Part shown: one piece after another, positions 32,429 to 49,789 of the stretch
Position numbering within the stretch: position 1 is the stretch's first letter
How the letters are laid out: every line of letters starts with the position of its first letter
From: the human T2T-CHM13v2.0 reference genome, Homo sapiens
NCBI RefSeq assembly: GCF_009914755.1
Contig: NC_060936.1
Length of the DNA: 64,000 nucleotides
Reading direction: 5' to 3' (one strand)
Translations under genes and position numbers: made by a program
Notes under the pieces: model-generated
Told to the model about the DNA's origin: nothing
Databases searched by the model: none
What the model saw: only the letters and a program-made list of their open reading frames with translations

Positions 32429-32893
32429 CAAGTAAGGAAGTAAAGTGGAAGTACACGGAGGTGGTGTGAAATGACTCGTCCAAGGTCACAGAGAGTGTTA
32501 AGGGTGGGCCTGGGGCCAGAGCTCAGGCTTCCTGCCCCACCCAGAGGCTATGTGTTTCCACTGCTTAGTCTGTCACCGAGGGGTGGATGGGAGGGTGGTG
32601 CCTCCTCCCTCGGTGTAAACCGGCTCCATGCTCACAGACCTGTTCCAGAGACCTTGCCGGTCAAAAATTCAAGTTCATGTACAGTATTTTTAAGAAATGT
32701 TTCCATAGAGATGGACAAATAATTGGAAACAATAATCCAGACAGAAAAGAACCACATTCATTGGAATAGGATGTATATAGCATGAGCTTGGGTGACAGTC
32801 CTGCTGACCTGGAGGGATGGTCAGAAAAGCCAGGCTGAGAGCTGGGAGATTCTGGGTTACAAGCTCACATTCCAGGACGGGAGCTTGATATCC

Positions 32894-33352
<459 letters not shown>

Positions 33353-33474
33353 CATGAAATCTTTTCATAGTCCTGTATGCACATCGATAACGCCCAGCCT
33401 ATGAGTGCCCACTGAACAAGCACAGGCTGAGTCTTTCTGTACACCAGGCCTGGGGGAAGGTGACACAGTGATGA

Positions 33475-33770
<296 letters not shown>

Positions 33771-34165
33771 TCCTTTTCCTTTTCCGGCTTCTAGAGGCCG
33801 CCAGCATTCTTTGGCTCCTGGTTTCTCCCTTGCATCACTCCAACCTCTTGCCTCTGTCCTCATACCTCCTCCTGCTGATGGCAGCACAGGCCCTGCATTT
33901 TCTAGCCAAGGGGCCCTTGGAAAGGAACTTAGCATCTCTGAAACTGTGTCCTTATCAGTGAGCTGGAGATGTCAGAGCGCCCACTTCACAGGGTTGATGG
34001 GACTGGGTCGAATGGGGTCTGTGTTAACGCTGAGCACTACGTCCTGCACACAATTTTATAATAGTAACGGTGATGATGATCGCCACCACTGTCATCCAAC
34101 AGTCGTTTCTGTAGCTTGGAGACACAGATGGAGAGGTGACTTCTGCCTGAGGCATTAGGAAAAAC

Positions 34166-34327
34166 TTTTTTTTTTCTTTTTTCTTTTTTTTTTTAGAGAG
34201 ATACGATCTCTCTTTGTTGCCTAGACTGGAGTGCAGTATTGTGATCACGGCTCACTGCAGCCTCAAACTTCTCAGCTCAGGCGATCCTCCCGCCTCAGCC
34301 TCCCGAGTAGCTAGGACTACAGGCATA
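34166..34327 (-). mobile_element. 5'-truncated AluJ right arm
   Basis: TSD taggaaaaact. Confidence 0.88.
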
Positions 34328-34877
34328 CATAGGAAAAACTGTTTTAGAAGTGATTGCTGAACTGGCCCTGATCAAATGACAGTAAAGGAATGTGACCAAT
34401 AGACAAGGGGTGTGCTGGACAGAAAAACAAGGACAGCAGAAGGCACGGGTGTTTGTAGAACAGGGAGGTCCCAAGTGGCCCAGAGCAGAAGGTCAGGGTC
34501 AGTGCCAGGAGGTGGGATAGATGGCAAAGGGATAGAAAGCTAGGGCTTTGGACTCAGACAGGCTCAAGTTCAAGTCCTGCAGCTCCACATAAGAGCTCTG
34601 CAAACTGGAGTACCTCGTTAGCTGCTCCTGCTCTGCCTTTGTGAAACGCTCATGGGAACAGTGCCTACCGCCTAGGCTTGCAGCAATTAAAGGCCGTTCT
34701 GATATGGGAGAGGCACAAGAGGCAGCTTGGAAAGGGCTCTGCGGGCCTGGCCAAGGAGTTTGCACTCTGCAGGGTCACGTCTTCGCTTTTCTTCTACTCT
34801 TCATCCCGTGTGCTCCATCCTTTTCCCTCAGACAACAGGAAGGCTGAGCACTGACCTTCCTCATCTTACGCCTGTCA

Positions 34878-35700
<823 letters not shown>

Positions 35701-36205
35701 TAATCCATCACACAGGCAGCTTCCTGTAGGATCTGCAGTCCAGGTGAATTCCCGGCATGAGTTCTGGGGACGGGAACCCGAGGCGGTACAAAGCATGCCC
35801 TCTCCCTAGGCTGTTTTCCTGTGTGAAGGGCAAGGTAGCATCCCCCACCTGCAGCCTATAAATCCGCACCAGTGGCCACTGCCTCCCAGGACTGTGTGGC
35901 TCTGCCTGCTGAGGAATCAGATGGTACCAGCAGACGGTCTCTCCATGCTACTGGAACCTGCATCGCGCCCATCATTTATTTTGGACAAGATGCAAGATGA
36001 GATATCAAAGGAATCAGCTGCTGGTCAGAGGAAATAGAAAAGGGGCCAGAACTCTGCCTGGCTCTGCTGGGCACAGAGTAAGCCCCCTCTCCCCTGCAAA
36101 TCCGAATTAGGCTCCCCAATCTTAATCCAACTTTATTAATTGAAATTAAATCAATTCAAAGATAGAAGAGGCTAACTAGTTTCTTGGTTTCAAGCTTTTT
36201 GCTAA

Positions 36206-36230
36206 ATATATATATATATATATATATATA
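36206..36230. repeat. (TA)n microsatellite
   Basis: Perfect TA run. Confidence 0.95.
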
Positions 36231-36838
36231 CATTTTTAAAAACTGGAGGTATTTATAGAATTAGAGTTCAGATTAGAGAGTTTCAAGTACCAGTTGAGGC
36301 CAATGGAAGTAAAGGGTCAGGAGTTCTGGCTCCCCACATTCAAATGAGCCAAGGGATGACCTCAAACACATCAGTTCGGGGTTTTATTTTTCCAACATGC
36401 TCTGCTGACTAATTGAGCTTTTCAGACCTCTCTGGAACAGATGCTGGTGTGAATAAAGCCTCCCTTTGCTCGAGGCACAACAGAAACACCCCCTAATGCC
36501 CAGCCAACGCGCCCACAAGATTTCAACTATTATTCAGGCCAACAGGAGGTATTGCAATTAAGAGATGATTGTCACCAACCCTCTTTAACAGCAAGCATGT
36601 CCAAGACGGAGGCTCCGGGGGAGGGTGGCTCTCGGGGGCCACCATCGTCAGGGTTGGCAGGTTTCCACCCTGGGAGTGAGTGACCAGGTCATGGGTGGAT
36701 TGACACACAAATATTTTCTTTGGCAGATGGGACACAGTGAAAACAAGGTGAGGAGACCCAGGATAAGAGGTGCCCCTAAGTCTCCCGTCCGTTTCCCTCT
36801 CTGTAAAATGGACATCTCCAGAAACCAGCACTCTAAGT

Positions 36839-37171
36839 TTTAATTTAATTAATTAATTAATTTATTTATTTATTTATTTATGTTTTAGAGACAAGGTCTC
36901 ACTCTGTTGTTGTCCAGGCTGGAGAGCAGTGGCGCTATCATAGCTCACTGCAGCCTCCAACTCCTGGGCTCAAGGGCTCCTCCTGTCTCAGCCTCCCGAG
37001 TAACTGAGACTATAGGTATGTACCACCACACCGGGCTACATTTTTTATTTTTTATAGAGACAGGGTCTCCCTATGTTGCCCAGGCTGGTCTCAAACTCCT
37101 GGTTTCAAATGATCCTCCCGCCTCAGTCTCCCAAAATGTCAGAATTACAGGCATGAGCCACCACGCCTGGC
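36839..37171 (-). mobile_element. AluJ
   Basis: catagctcactgcagcctccaactcctgggctcaag; (TAAT)/(TTTA) tail. Confidence 0.93.
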
Positions 37172-38209
37172 CCCTCCCAGTTTTAAAATATTGAAGAGCC
37201 CTCAAAGAAAATCAAACCAGCTGTGTCTCAGAGGTATAGGATCCTTCTGGCAGCTTGCAGACTGTAAAGAAGTTCAAAGAAACTCTGGTTGTTCCACTCT
37301 GGTTGTGGAAGTCATATTGGTCACTAGGATCTGAAAACATGTAGCTGAGAAGGGCTGAAGGGAATGGCTGAAGACCAGCGGGTGTGAATTGTCTTTCACC
37401 AACGGGAACTAGCAACCTTTTGTTCCATCAGTTTTTCATAGGAAAATTAAAAGGTTATCATGGGAAGCCCCCCTCCCCAGCAATCAATTACTATTGTTAG
37501 GATGAATAACAATAGACTTGCCCTCCACTTCAGCCTGTCCAGGATTCAGAAGTGCTTTTTGAATGCTAGTCCATTCATCCTCACGGTAACCTTGGAAGCA
37601 TTCCATTAGGCAAATTCTGTATTACTTTTGCCTCTACAAAATATGTAGTGCCATTCTCTTGATGGAAAAATTAATCAAGCTATGATCTGAAAAGAATAAT
37701 AATGGGGAGAAAATCCTGGGGGTGGTCTGAACTCACATGGACAGTTTGAATAACTCCAGACTTCAAATGTTGTACCTAGACCTCTGCCGTGGTGGGGAAG
37801 TGTTGATTTTGAAGGGTCAGGGCCCAGAAGCACCTTCTGATGGTCTGAGCACCAGGAAGCCTTTAGGTTCACTGAGTTTGCGTCTCCTGAAATAATATTA
37901 TTTATTATTCTTGGCTGTGCCGCTCACTTACTGAATGACTTTAGGGAATCATTCTAACCTCTCCACTTTCCTCGTTTGTAAATGGGTTAATTATATTTGC
38001 CCACCTCACAGAAGTGTTGTGCAGATAAAACAATGAAAGGTGAAACAGAAAGGCCCTTTCCTCATTCAGTGGGCTGCCTGAGAATTCCTAACTCTGCATG
38101 CAGTGAAACAGCTAAATGCCTTTACTTACATGGATGGTTATAGTCCTGGCTGGCAATCACCAACTGGCGATTAGCTCTGCAATCAGCAAATTTAGTGCCA
38201 GGCTGGGGG

Positions 38210-38415
38210 GACCTGGGGCGATGCAGGACTGGAGCGCGAGTCCCAACCCTGCCAGTTCCTGGCTGTGTGACCTCGGGTAAGCCACCTAACCTCTCTGAAC
38301 CCCTGTTTTCTGCTCTACGAACTGGGAAGACCTATACCCATCCCTTTAGGGTTGCTGTAAGGATTCAGTGAAACTCCTGGCATTTAATCGGTGCTTGATA
38401 AAGGACGCATATTAT
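38210..38415 (+). mobile_element. MIR (second copy about 37900-38050)
   Basis: ctggctgtgtgacctcgggtaagccacctaacctctctgaacccctgttttc. Confidence 0.8.
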
Positions 38416-38656
38416 GAGGGCCTGTCATTTTCCATCAGGCCTAACAAACTTAATGAAGTGCTTACAAAATGTGCAGTACTTGTACCACTGATGGGAAACA
38501 AGAAGAGGGTTTTAGGCAATACGTGGAATTTCTTAGATATATGGAATTAGGGAACATTAGAAGGAGGACATCAAACTTGTGATTTTAACACTGTTAGTGA
38601 TTAGAATGAGGCTAAGTTGTTAGAACATGAGTTAATTACAAAATTATAGTGAATAA

Positions 38657-39317
<661 letters not shown>

Positions 39318-39967
39318 TAACAATTTTTAAGTGGTACGTGAAATACCTCAACATTCCCTATGACAGCATATGGAAAAAAGCGCTGGGCTAGTGGCAGATT
39401 CTGACCTTAGGTTTTCACATTTATCAGTCATGTGACTGTGACCAGGCCCCTACATCTCTCTGAGCCTCAGTTTCCCATGTATAAAATGGGCTAATAAGAC
39501 CTAGGAGAGTAAAAATAAGATAATAAAAATGAAAGCCACTGGAAAATTGCAAAAGTATGGTCCAATCTAAGAGGTTCATTGTTATCCCTACTGTGTGGTT
39601 TGACAGAAATGATCCATACTTATCCGCCAGCCTATGAGACAATAGCAGGGATGACATTCAAAATCAAGGATGGTTCAATCCCAACTCTGCCAGGCATCAG
39701 CCTGTAGCCTTGAGCAGCTTCTTTAAGGTCTCTGAGCCTCCATTTCTTCATCTATAAAAAGGGGTTAGTAATAACACCCTTAGCAATTCAACTCAAAGGG
39801 CTAAAATTTTCCTCTAAGGAATGACAAATTGAAGGAAAAGCCCAACAGCCCAAAGAAAAACGGTGTGAAAAGATAGTGTACCCAAAATAAAATACAAATG
39901 GCTCTTAAATATGTAAACACATCCTCAGTCTCACTCATAAGAGAAATGCTCATTAAAATCACACTGA

Positions 39968-40287
39968 GGCAGGGCATGGTGGCTCGTGCCTGTAATCCCA
40001 GCACTCTGAGAGTCTGAGGCAGATGGATCGCTTGCGGTCAAGAGTTCCAGACCAGCCTGGCCAACATAGTGAAACTCCATCTCTACTAAAAATACAAAAA
40101 TTAGGCAGATGTGGTGATGCATGCCTGTAATCCCAGCTACTTGGGAGGCTGAGGCAGGAGAATCACTTGAACCTAGAAGTGGAGGTTGCAGTGAGCTGAG
40201 ATCATGCCACTGTACTCGAGCCTGGGTGATAGAGACAAAAAAAAAGAAAGAGAAAGAAAGAAAAGAAAAGAAAAGAAAAGAAAAAAC
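39968..40287 (+). mobile_element. AluS with (GAAAA)n tail
   Basis: Dimer. Confidence 0.93.
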
Positions 40288-40458
40288 TGAGTATGATTTT
40301 TTTAATCATTAAATTTGCAAAGAATTGGTTTGATAGAGATGTATTGGTAAAGTATGGGAAATGAAGGTGCCTAGATATTGATGGCGGGGAGGTAAATTGT
40401 TACAAACTCTATGAAGTGAAATTTACAGTTTCTCAAAAGTATAAAAGTGCATACTCTT

Positions 40459-40917
40459 TGAGGCAGGCTGAATCATGGTGTCCACATTCTAATCCCTGGA
40501 ATGTGTGAGTGTTACCTAAGTGACAAAAAGGACCTGGCAAATGTGATTAAAGCAAGAATCTTGACATGGAAGGGTCATTCTAGGTTGGCCCAGTGGGTCT
40601 GATGTCATCACAGGGGTCCTTGTAAGAGGGAGGAGGGAGGTCAGAGAGGAAAGGTGATGTAATGACCGAGCAGAGGTACAGGGAAGTCCTTTGAAGATGA
40701 AGGCAGGGCCCACAAGCCAAGGAAGCTGAAAAAGACGAGGAAACAGATTCTTCCCTAGAGCCCGTGGGAGGAACCAGCCCTGTCCACACCTTGATTTTAG
40801 CCCAGTGAAATTTTTTTTAGACTTCTGACCTCCAGGACTGTGAGAGAATAATATGCGTTGTCTTGGGCCACTTTGTTTGTGGTCCTTGGTTAACAGCAGC
40901 CACAGGAAACAGATACC
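40459..40917 (+). mobile_element. MLT1C/D solo LTR
   Basis: ctaatccctggaatgtgtgag...caccttgattttagcccagtg...gcagccacaggaaacagatac; TSD ctctt 40454-40458/40918-40922. Confidence 0.88.
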
Positions 40918-41176
40918 CTCTTTCTCCAAGCAATTCCACTCCTAGAACTTCATCCGACAGAGACACTGGGACAGATGCAAAATAACTACATACAAGCTTC
41001 TTCATTAAAGCAGAAATTGTAGAAGCCAAACACTGGAACCAAGCTAAATACCCAACAGGGATTGGTCAATAAAGCTGAGTACCTCCATGGAAGGGAGGGA
41101 AGGAAGAAGGGAGGGAGTAAAGGGAGGAACAAAGGAAAGGAGGAAAGGGAAGGGAAGGAAAAGAGGAAAAAACAAA

Positions 41177-41340
41177 TATGCTTGTAATTCCAGCACTTTT
41201 GGAGGCCAAGGTGGGAGGACTGCTTGAGCCCAGGAGTTGAAGTCTGCAGTGAGCTGTGACTGTGCCACTGCCCTCCCGCCTGGGCAACAGAGAGAGACGC
41301 TGTCTCTAACTAAAAAATACGAATTAAAAAAAAGAAACAA
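41177..41340 (+). mobile_element. FRAM/FAM-like Alu monomer
   Basis: Monomer preceded by GA-rich tract 41090-41170. Confidence 0.8.
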
Positions 41341-42509
41341 ATAGGTTTTCTAGATTTTTAGCCCAGCAGTGCAGGCTCAAAGGCCCTGGGTCCCTGGCTG
41401 CAGGTTCCCTGAAGGTGGGACAGTGAGGATGAGAGAATGTGATGCCTCTGAAGTTAGGTCATCACTGAGCTCAGTCTGGTTTTCTCCCTTTCATCCTGGG
41501 CAGGGTCCACCTAGGCGTGGCTTTCCTGTCCCTCCCAGCACTTTAGAGTGGATATCTGCAGGCTAGTTGTCCTGTTGATAAATCGGGGTGGGTTGTGACC
41601 TCATGTTGTCTATCAGGTTCAAGTCAATTCAAGACATGCTGCCTCTTTCCTGCTGCACTAAACCTAGCAAGGTGACGCCCCTCTAACACGCCTTCCCTCC
41701 GCCAACCCCACATCCAGCATTTAAATTGCAGGAAGATCACCATTGTGACAGTAGATTTCCAGCTGACACCCCCAGGGTAAGCACTAAGGAGCTCCCTAAT
41801 TATCTAATCCTGAGATGCCCATGGGTGAAGCCGAGTGGAGCTCTTCTCTATCAGTAAACACGACATGCAGTTCTTTGTCTTCAGTGCAAAGCAAGGCTTT
41901 TTCCTGCCATGTGAGGAATACTCCTGCGTGATGTATTAAAATCCCTCAAAGAGAGAGAAAGAGGAAAGTAAAATAAATGTATTTCCATGACTCTAAGTAC
42001 AAATCCCTGTGCGAGGCCCCGTGTGATCCTCAGAGCTGGGCTGGAGCTATTTTAAAACGAATGAAGCAAACCTACTCGATTGAAAAATCCTCTGTTACAG
42101 GATAGAGATGGGTAAGAAATCAGCGCCGGGGCTCTCGGAGTGCTTGATTATGGTTATAAACATTACTAGCTGCATCAGCAAAGCTGCTGGGAGTCCACCA
42201 TAAACCTTTTGCGAGAGGAATCAGGAGGCAGGGCTGACCAGGCAAGTTCAAAACCTGAGCCCGTGTTACTCGGAGGCTTCCTAGGCTGCTAAAAATATCC
42301 AGTGATCTGCCTAAAGCAGGGGCAAGTGAGGAAAGCCTTTCTTCCCGCTGCCTCCTTGTCACCTGCAAGAAAAGGAGCCAGTTAAGGGGTGACAGGGGAG
42401 GAGGAAAATCCAACAGATACACAGAGCAGCGATTTTTGCCATGTGCATTGCTGCACAGCAGGGTGGCAGAGGTGTCTTCCTACGCTGAAGGAGCTCAGGG
42501 GAGGCCTCA

Positions 42510-43077
<568 letters not shown>

Positions 43078-43664
43078 GGGAAATCAAACAAGCAAGGAGG
43101 AAAACTGCACACAACCCCAGGTTGTGTATGGTTTGGACATAAGCATTGGAAAAATTCTCAGAAAGGAAAGGTTCCCGCCAAGTCCTCACCTGATCTTCAG
43201 CCCATAGAAATCTCCCCTAAGCTTCCAAAGCCAGGGAAATGCTAGATTTCCTCAAAGCCTGTCCAGATGTGCCAGTGGTTTGTTCTTCCTTTGCAGCATG
43301 GTTGCAATATTCAACCACTCAGCGTGTGTAGAACTGAATGGCATCATTCCCTCTCTGTATGCCCAGGCGACTCTCAAATGGCAGGTGTGTAATAAATGAC
43401 TAGGTCAGGGCACTTGAGTAGTTAGTGAGAAATACACTGAGTAGAGAAGGCAGAGAGACTCTAATTGATGTGGCATGTGTATGTGTCAGCATTCAATCAG
43501 AGAGGCTGGGCCACCATACATATCTGTGCACTTATACATATATGTGTGTGTGTTATAGAGATTTGACCTTACATGATTGTGGGAGTCTCTGTAAAGCTGC
43601 TGTCTTTGCTCCTGATGCTGGAGCCTGAAGTCCTCAGGGCAGGCATTTGGAAAGAGAAGAGGAA

Positions 43665-44416
43665 TGTTATTCAGACACCAACTAGTATACTGCAATTTGA
43701 TTCTGACACTAGGCATTTGAAGTTAGTGTCAGATTCCACAATCTTAAGGGCGTGGTTGCCAACAAGACTGTCCTACTTCAAATACTAGCCACAGTGGGGT
43801 CCTCAGGCCACCTGCTCTTCTGACCAAATGGCTACAAAGCTTAGGGGAGGTTCCCACAACCCCCTTTATATTCACTAATTCATTAGAACAGCTCACAGAA
43901 CCTAAAAAAGCACCATACTTGACAGTTTTATTGTAAGGATACAAATCAGAACCAGCCACATGAAGAGACACATAGGGCAAGGTTTGGGAGGGTCCTAAAT
44001 TCAGGGCTTCCGTGCCTCTCCCCATGGATTCGGGGTACACAGCCCCTCTGGGTATATTTATGTGTTCACCAACCAGGAAGCTCCAGTTAGCTTCAGTGTG
44101 CAGAGTTTTTATTGGATTTCTTTATGTAGGCATGATTGATTGAGTCACTTGCCATGTGATTGAACTCAATCTCCATCTCCATTCCTTCCCTAAAGGGCAG
44201 GCTGACTCAAAGTTCCAACTCTTCTCATCATGGAGTGGTCTTATTGGTGACCAGCCCCCATTCTGAGTCTTCTTATCTCTTAGCGTTAACTCAGGTGTGG
44301 TCCAAGAGGCTCATGAAGAACAAAGACACTCCTATGACATGAGAAATTCCAAGGATTTAAAGTCTCATTCCTAGAAACCAGAGGTAAAGGCCAGTCAAAT
44401 TCTTTATTATACAACA
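43665..44416 (-). mobile_element. MER21-family LTR
   Basis: ttctgacact...gttagtgtcagattccaca, attagaacagctcacagaac, gttcaccaaccaggaagctcc, aaattctttattatacaaca. Confidence 0.8.
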
Positions 44417-44640
44417 GATGCCAAGTCAGGCAGTGCAAGAACTTGCTGGAAGACCAGGAGGACTGGCAGAAGCCTGTGGATATTTACTATGGACTGAAAG
44501 TTTATGTCCCCTCAAAATTCATATGCTGAAACTCTAAACCCCAGTGGGATAGTATTTGTCAATAAGACATTTGGGAAGTGATTAGGTCGTGAGAGTGGAG
44601 CCCTCTTGATGGGAGTAGTGCCCTTATAAGAAGAAAATGA

Positions 44641-44930
44641 GGCTGGGTGCAGTGGCTTATGCGTGTTATTCCAGTGATTTGGGAAGCCGAGGCAGGTGGA
44701 TTCCTTGAGCCCAGGAGTTTGATACCAGCCTAGGCAACATAGTGCCTGTCTCTACAAAAAAAAACAAAAATTAGCCAAGCGTGCTGGTGCACACCTGTAG
44801 TCCTAGCTACTTGGGAGGCTGAGGTGTGAGGATTGCTTGAGCCCAGGAGTAAGAGATTGCAGTGAGCCAAGATCATGCCTCTGCACTCCAGTCTTGGCAA
44901 CAGAGCAAGACCCTGTCTCAAAAAAGAAGA
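44641..44930 (+). mobile_element. AluJ
   Basis: Dimer. Confidence 0.92.
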
Positions 44931-44943
44931 AAGAAGAAGGTGA

Positions 44944-45400
<457 letters not shown>

Positions 45401-45519
45401 TCAATGAGAAGGTGGCTGTCTGCAAACGTAGAAGAGAGCCCTCACCAGAGCCTGCCCATGCCAGCTTCCTGATCTTAGACTCCCAAGCCTCCAGAACTGT
45501 GAGAAAGATGTTTCTGGCA

Positions 45520-45790
45520 AGTAATGCTAGCACTTTAGGAGGCGGAGGCAGGCGGATTGCTTGAGCCCAGGAGTTCGAGACCAGCCTGGGCAATGTGGCA
45601 AAACCCATCTCTACAAAAAATATAAAAATTAGCTGAGTATGGTGGTGCCCACCTGTAGTCTCAGCTACTTGGGAAGCTGAGGAGGGTCACTTGAGCCCAG
45701 GAAGTCGAGGCTGCAGTGAGCCATGATAGTGCTACACTCCAGCCTGAGTGACAGAGTGAGACCCTGTCTCAAAAAAAGAAGAAGAAGAAG
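45520..45790 (+). mobile_element. 5'-truncated AluJ
   Basis: Starts gtaatgctagcactttagg. Confidence 0.9.
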
Positions 45791-46364
45791 TCTGTGTTGT
45801 TTAAGCCACCCAGTCTACAGTAATTTGTTCTAGCAGCCCACACTAAGCCACTGTTGTTGTAGCCTCTAGTATTACTGGTGTGGGTATCCTGAGGAAGCTG
45901 CGGCCCTTTGTTGTGGAGACGAACACGCACACCTGGCCCGGGAGCTGGAGCAGCTGGAGGGTCCAGGGAAACGTGCAGCATTTGCAGATCCTGGCTCCTG
46001 CCTCAAACCAACAAGAGGAGCCAGCAGATATGCCGTGATGTCTGTGAGCCTCAGAAGGGCTGCTGCTTCAATTCCACGCTCCAGAATCTCCACACGTGCT
46101 TATCTTGTGGCCACCTTTGCCAGAAACACACAGGGAAGGGTATCCTGGGAAGTACAGGTGAGCCCAGCCAAGGCAACATAGAACAAAGCCACCATGTCAG
46201 TGTGGGAACAGGGAGAAGCCGATGTGAAAGCAAGTTCAGCCTGAATAGTCGCGGTGGAAAGAGGAGAGGAGCCACCACGGAGTGAATGAAGGGATGGAAG
46301 GAAAGGTGTCTCTAGAACTACCGTGGAGCTCCGTTACTCCAGGACAGCACTGACTGCTCCCTGA

Positions 46365-46670
<306 letters not shown>

Positions 46671-46762
46671 TCCCTGGCTCTTTTTAAAGCATGCAGCTAC
46701 CCCAGGAGGGGACGTCACCAAGACAGACCACAGAGTCTAGAGATTTCTGGCATTTTCCTGCC

Positions 46763-47064
<302 letters not shown>

Positions 47065-47187
47065 ATTTTCCCTGTTTTTAACTTGTTTTATTACCCCTCT
47101 TTGACGCAAGCCTCTGACACATGAAAACAAATATTGATTGTGCCATAGTCTATAGAATCGAATTATTTTTTGGACTGTGTTTCATTC

Positions 47188-47630
<443 letters not shown>

Positions 47631-47921
47631 TGAGTCTTGATTCCTGCAGGCACCCAGGAAGTATGGGAGCTTTCCTGCTGCCTCCTCCAGTCATTCCTCT
47701 CAGCCCTTTCATGGCCTGGTAGCACTTCTGTCAGAGAGGAGCCGAGGCTCAAAGCAGCCCATTTCATTACTGAGAAGCCAAGCCCACTTACAGAAAGAGG
47801 ATGGAGGGGTGATGGGAGGTCAGGAGCTAAAATGATGCTTATCAGTTATTCATTCTCTCCCATTATTCATTCTCTACATATCTGGGAATAATTAAGATAT
47901 TTTAGAAAAAAGTAAAATAGA

Positions 47922-48240
47922 TGGTCGGGCACAGCGGCTCATGCTTATAATCCCAGCACTTTAGGAGGCCAAGGAGGGAGGATCGCTTGAGCCCAGGAGT
48001 TCAAGACCAGCCTCTGCAACATAGCAAGAGCCTGTCTCAATAAAAAATCAATTAGCTGGGCACGATGGTGTGCACTAGTAGTCCTAGCTACTCAGGAGGC
48101 TGAGGTGGGGAGGACCGCTTGAGGCCAGAAGTTTGAGGTTGTAGTAAACTATGATGGTACCACTACACTCCAGCCTGGGCAACAAAGCAAGACACTGTCT
48201 CTTTTAAAAAAAAAAAAAAAAAAAAGGAAAAAAGGAAAGA
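47922..48240 (+). mobile_element. AluJ
   Basis: Dimer with poly-A. Confidence 0.92.
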
Positions 48241-48413
48241 AAGTAGACACAGAAGAATACTCTGGGAGAATTGATAAGCTACTAAGGAACAGGTATATTG
48301 GTCCTATATGTTCTCAGATTTTCAGGAATTATTAATTTCAAAATTCCATCTTGTTGCTGGGAGAAAGATCTTTATTTTTGCTTAGAAAATATGGTCAAAT
48401 ATCTCTACACGAG

Positions 48414-48580
48414 GGCCGGGCATGGTGGCTCACACCTGTAATCCCAACACTTTGGGAGGCTGAGGCAGGCAGATCACTTGAGGCCAGGAGTTCAAGACCA
48501 GCCTGGCCAACATGGTGAAACCCCGCCTCTGCCAAAATTATAAAAATTAGCCATTGTGGCACACGCCTGTAATCCCAGCT
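48414..48580 (+). mobile_element. 3'-truncated Alu
   Basis: Ends abruptly at cctgtaatcccagct, no tail. Confidence 0.9.
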
Positions 48581-48599
48581 GTCTTCTTAGAATAAGAAA

Positions 48600-49085
48600 T
48601 TGTCATGACAGGAATCCCACCTCCTCCATGTTTTAGAAAACAGAATGAAAATTCCCACGCTCTCTTGTGGGCTTGTGACCCAGAACCCAGGCACGTGGTG
48701 AGTATAGAAGGGCCATTTTCATGGGCATGGGTGAGGATGGAGCCCCCAGATGCACGTGGCCACGATGGCAGCCCCAGTGGTCCAAAGGATGCCAGGTCGA
48801 GGTGTGACATTTGTGCTGGGCATTGTGAGAACCTGGTATTTAGTGATTAGCAGGGGCAGCAGCGGCAACAGAGATTTTGGCCTCAGGCGCCTTGGCAGGC
48901 ACTGCTGTTTTGGGTGGGGATGCTGCTCTTGAAGGCTTAATTTCAAGTCTGACTCTCTCTAGTCCTCACTGCACCCCACCCAGATAATTTTGTGAGTGAA
49001 CTCACTTCCTTGAATACATAAATCCCTTTTCTGCTTAGAAGAGCCAGAGTGGATTCTGTTGTTTACCCTAAGAACAGACTACTAT
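48600..49085 (+). mobile_element. LTR33/LTR16-like ERVL LTR remnant
   Basis: 3' end ataaatcccttttctgcttagaagagccagagtggattctgttgttt. Confidence 0.45.
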
Positions 49086-49132
49086 GCCCCTCTTCAATTT
49101 GATCTCTAGTCGGGTCAGAAGTCAAAGCGATC

Positions 49133-49152
49133 TTTTATTTTTATTTATTTGC

Positions 49153-49191
<39 letters not shown>

Positions 49192-49472
49192 TTTTTGAGA
49201 CAGAATCTCGCTCTGTCGCCCAGGCTGGAGTGCAGTGGCTGGATCTCAGCTCACTGTAACCTCCGTCTCCCCGGTTCAAGCAATTCTCCTGCCTCAGCTT
49301 CTCTTGAGATTACAGGTGCCTGCCAACTCGCCCAGCTAATTGTTGTATTTTTAGTAGAGATAGGGTTTCACCATGTTGGCCAGGCTGGTCTCGAACTCCT
49401 GATCTCAGGTGATCCACCTTCCTCGGGCTCCCAAAGTGCTGAGATTACAGGCATGAGCCACCGTGCCCGGCC
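49133..49472 (-). mobile_element. AluS with (TTTA)n tail
   Basis: Antisense dimer inserted in the tail of the next Alu. Confidence 0.93.
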
Positions 49473-49782
49473 TATTTATTTATTTTTAGACACAGGATCT
49501 CACTCTATCACCCAGGCTGGAGTGCAGTGGCACAATCATGACTCACTGCAGCCTCGACCTCCTGGGCTCCAAGTGATTCGCCGCACCTCAGCCTCTGGAG
49601 TAGCTGGGATTGCAGGCTTGCATCACCACACCTGGCTAATTTTTAATTTTTTTTTTTTTTTTGTAGAGATAGGAGTCTTGCTATGTTGTCCAAGTTGGTA
49701 TCGAACGCCTGGCCTCAAGCAATCCTCCCATTTCAGCCTCCCAAAGCGCTGGGATTACAGGCATGTGCCACCATGCCTGGCC
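49473..49782 (-). mobile_element. AluJ
   Basis: Antisense dimer. Confidence 0.92.
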
Positions 49783-49789
49783 CACAATC

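Larger units (their letters stand above)
39790..41090 (+). mobile_element. Old L1M 3' region interrupted by Alu and MLT1D
   Basis: atacaaatggctcttaaatatg...cactcataagagaaatgc; caattccactcctagaa; aaacactggaacc. Confidence 0.65.
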
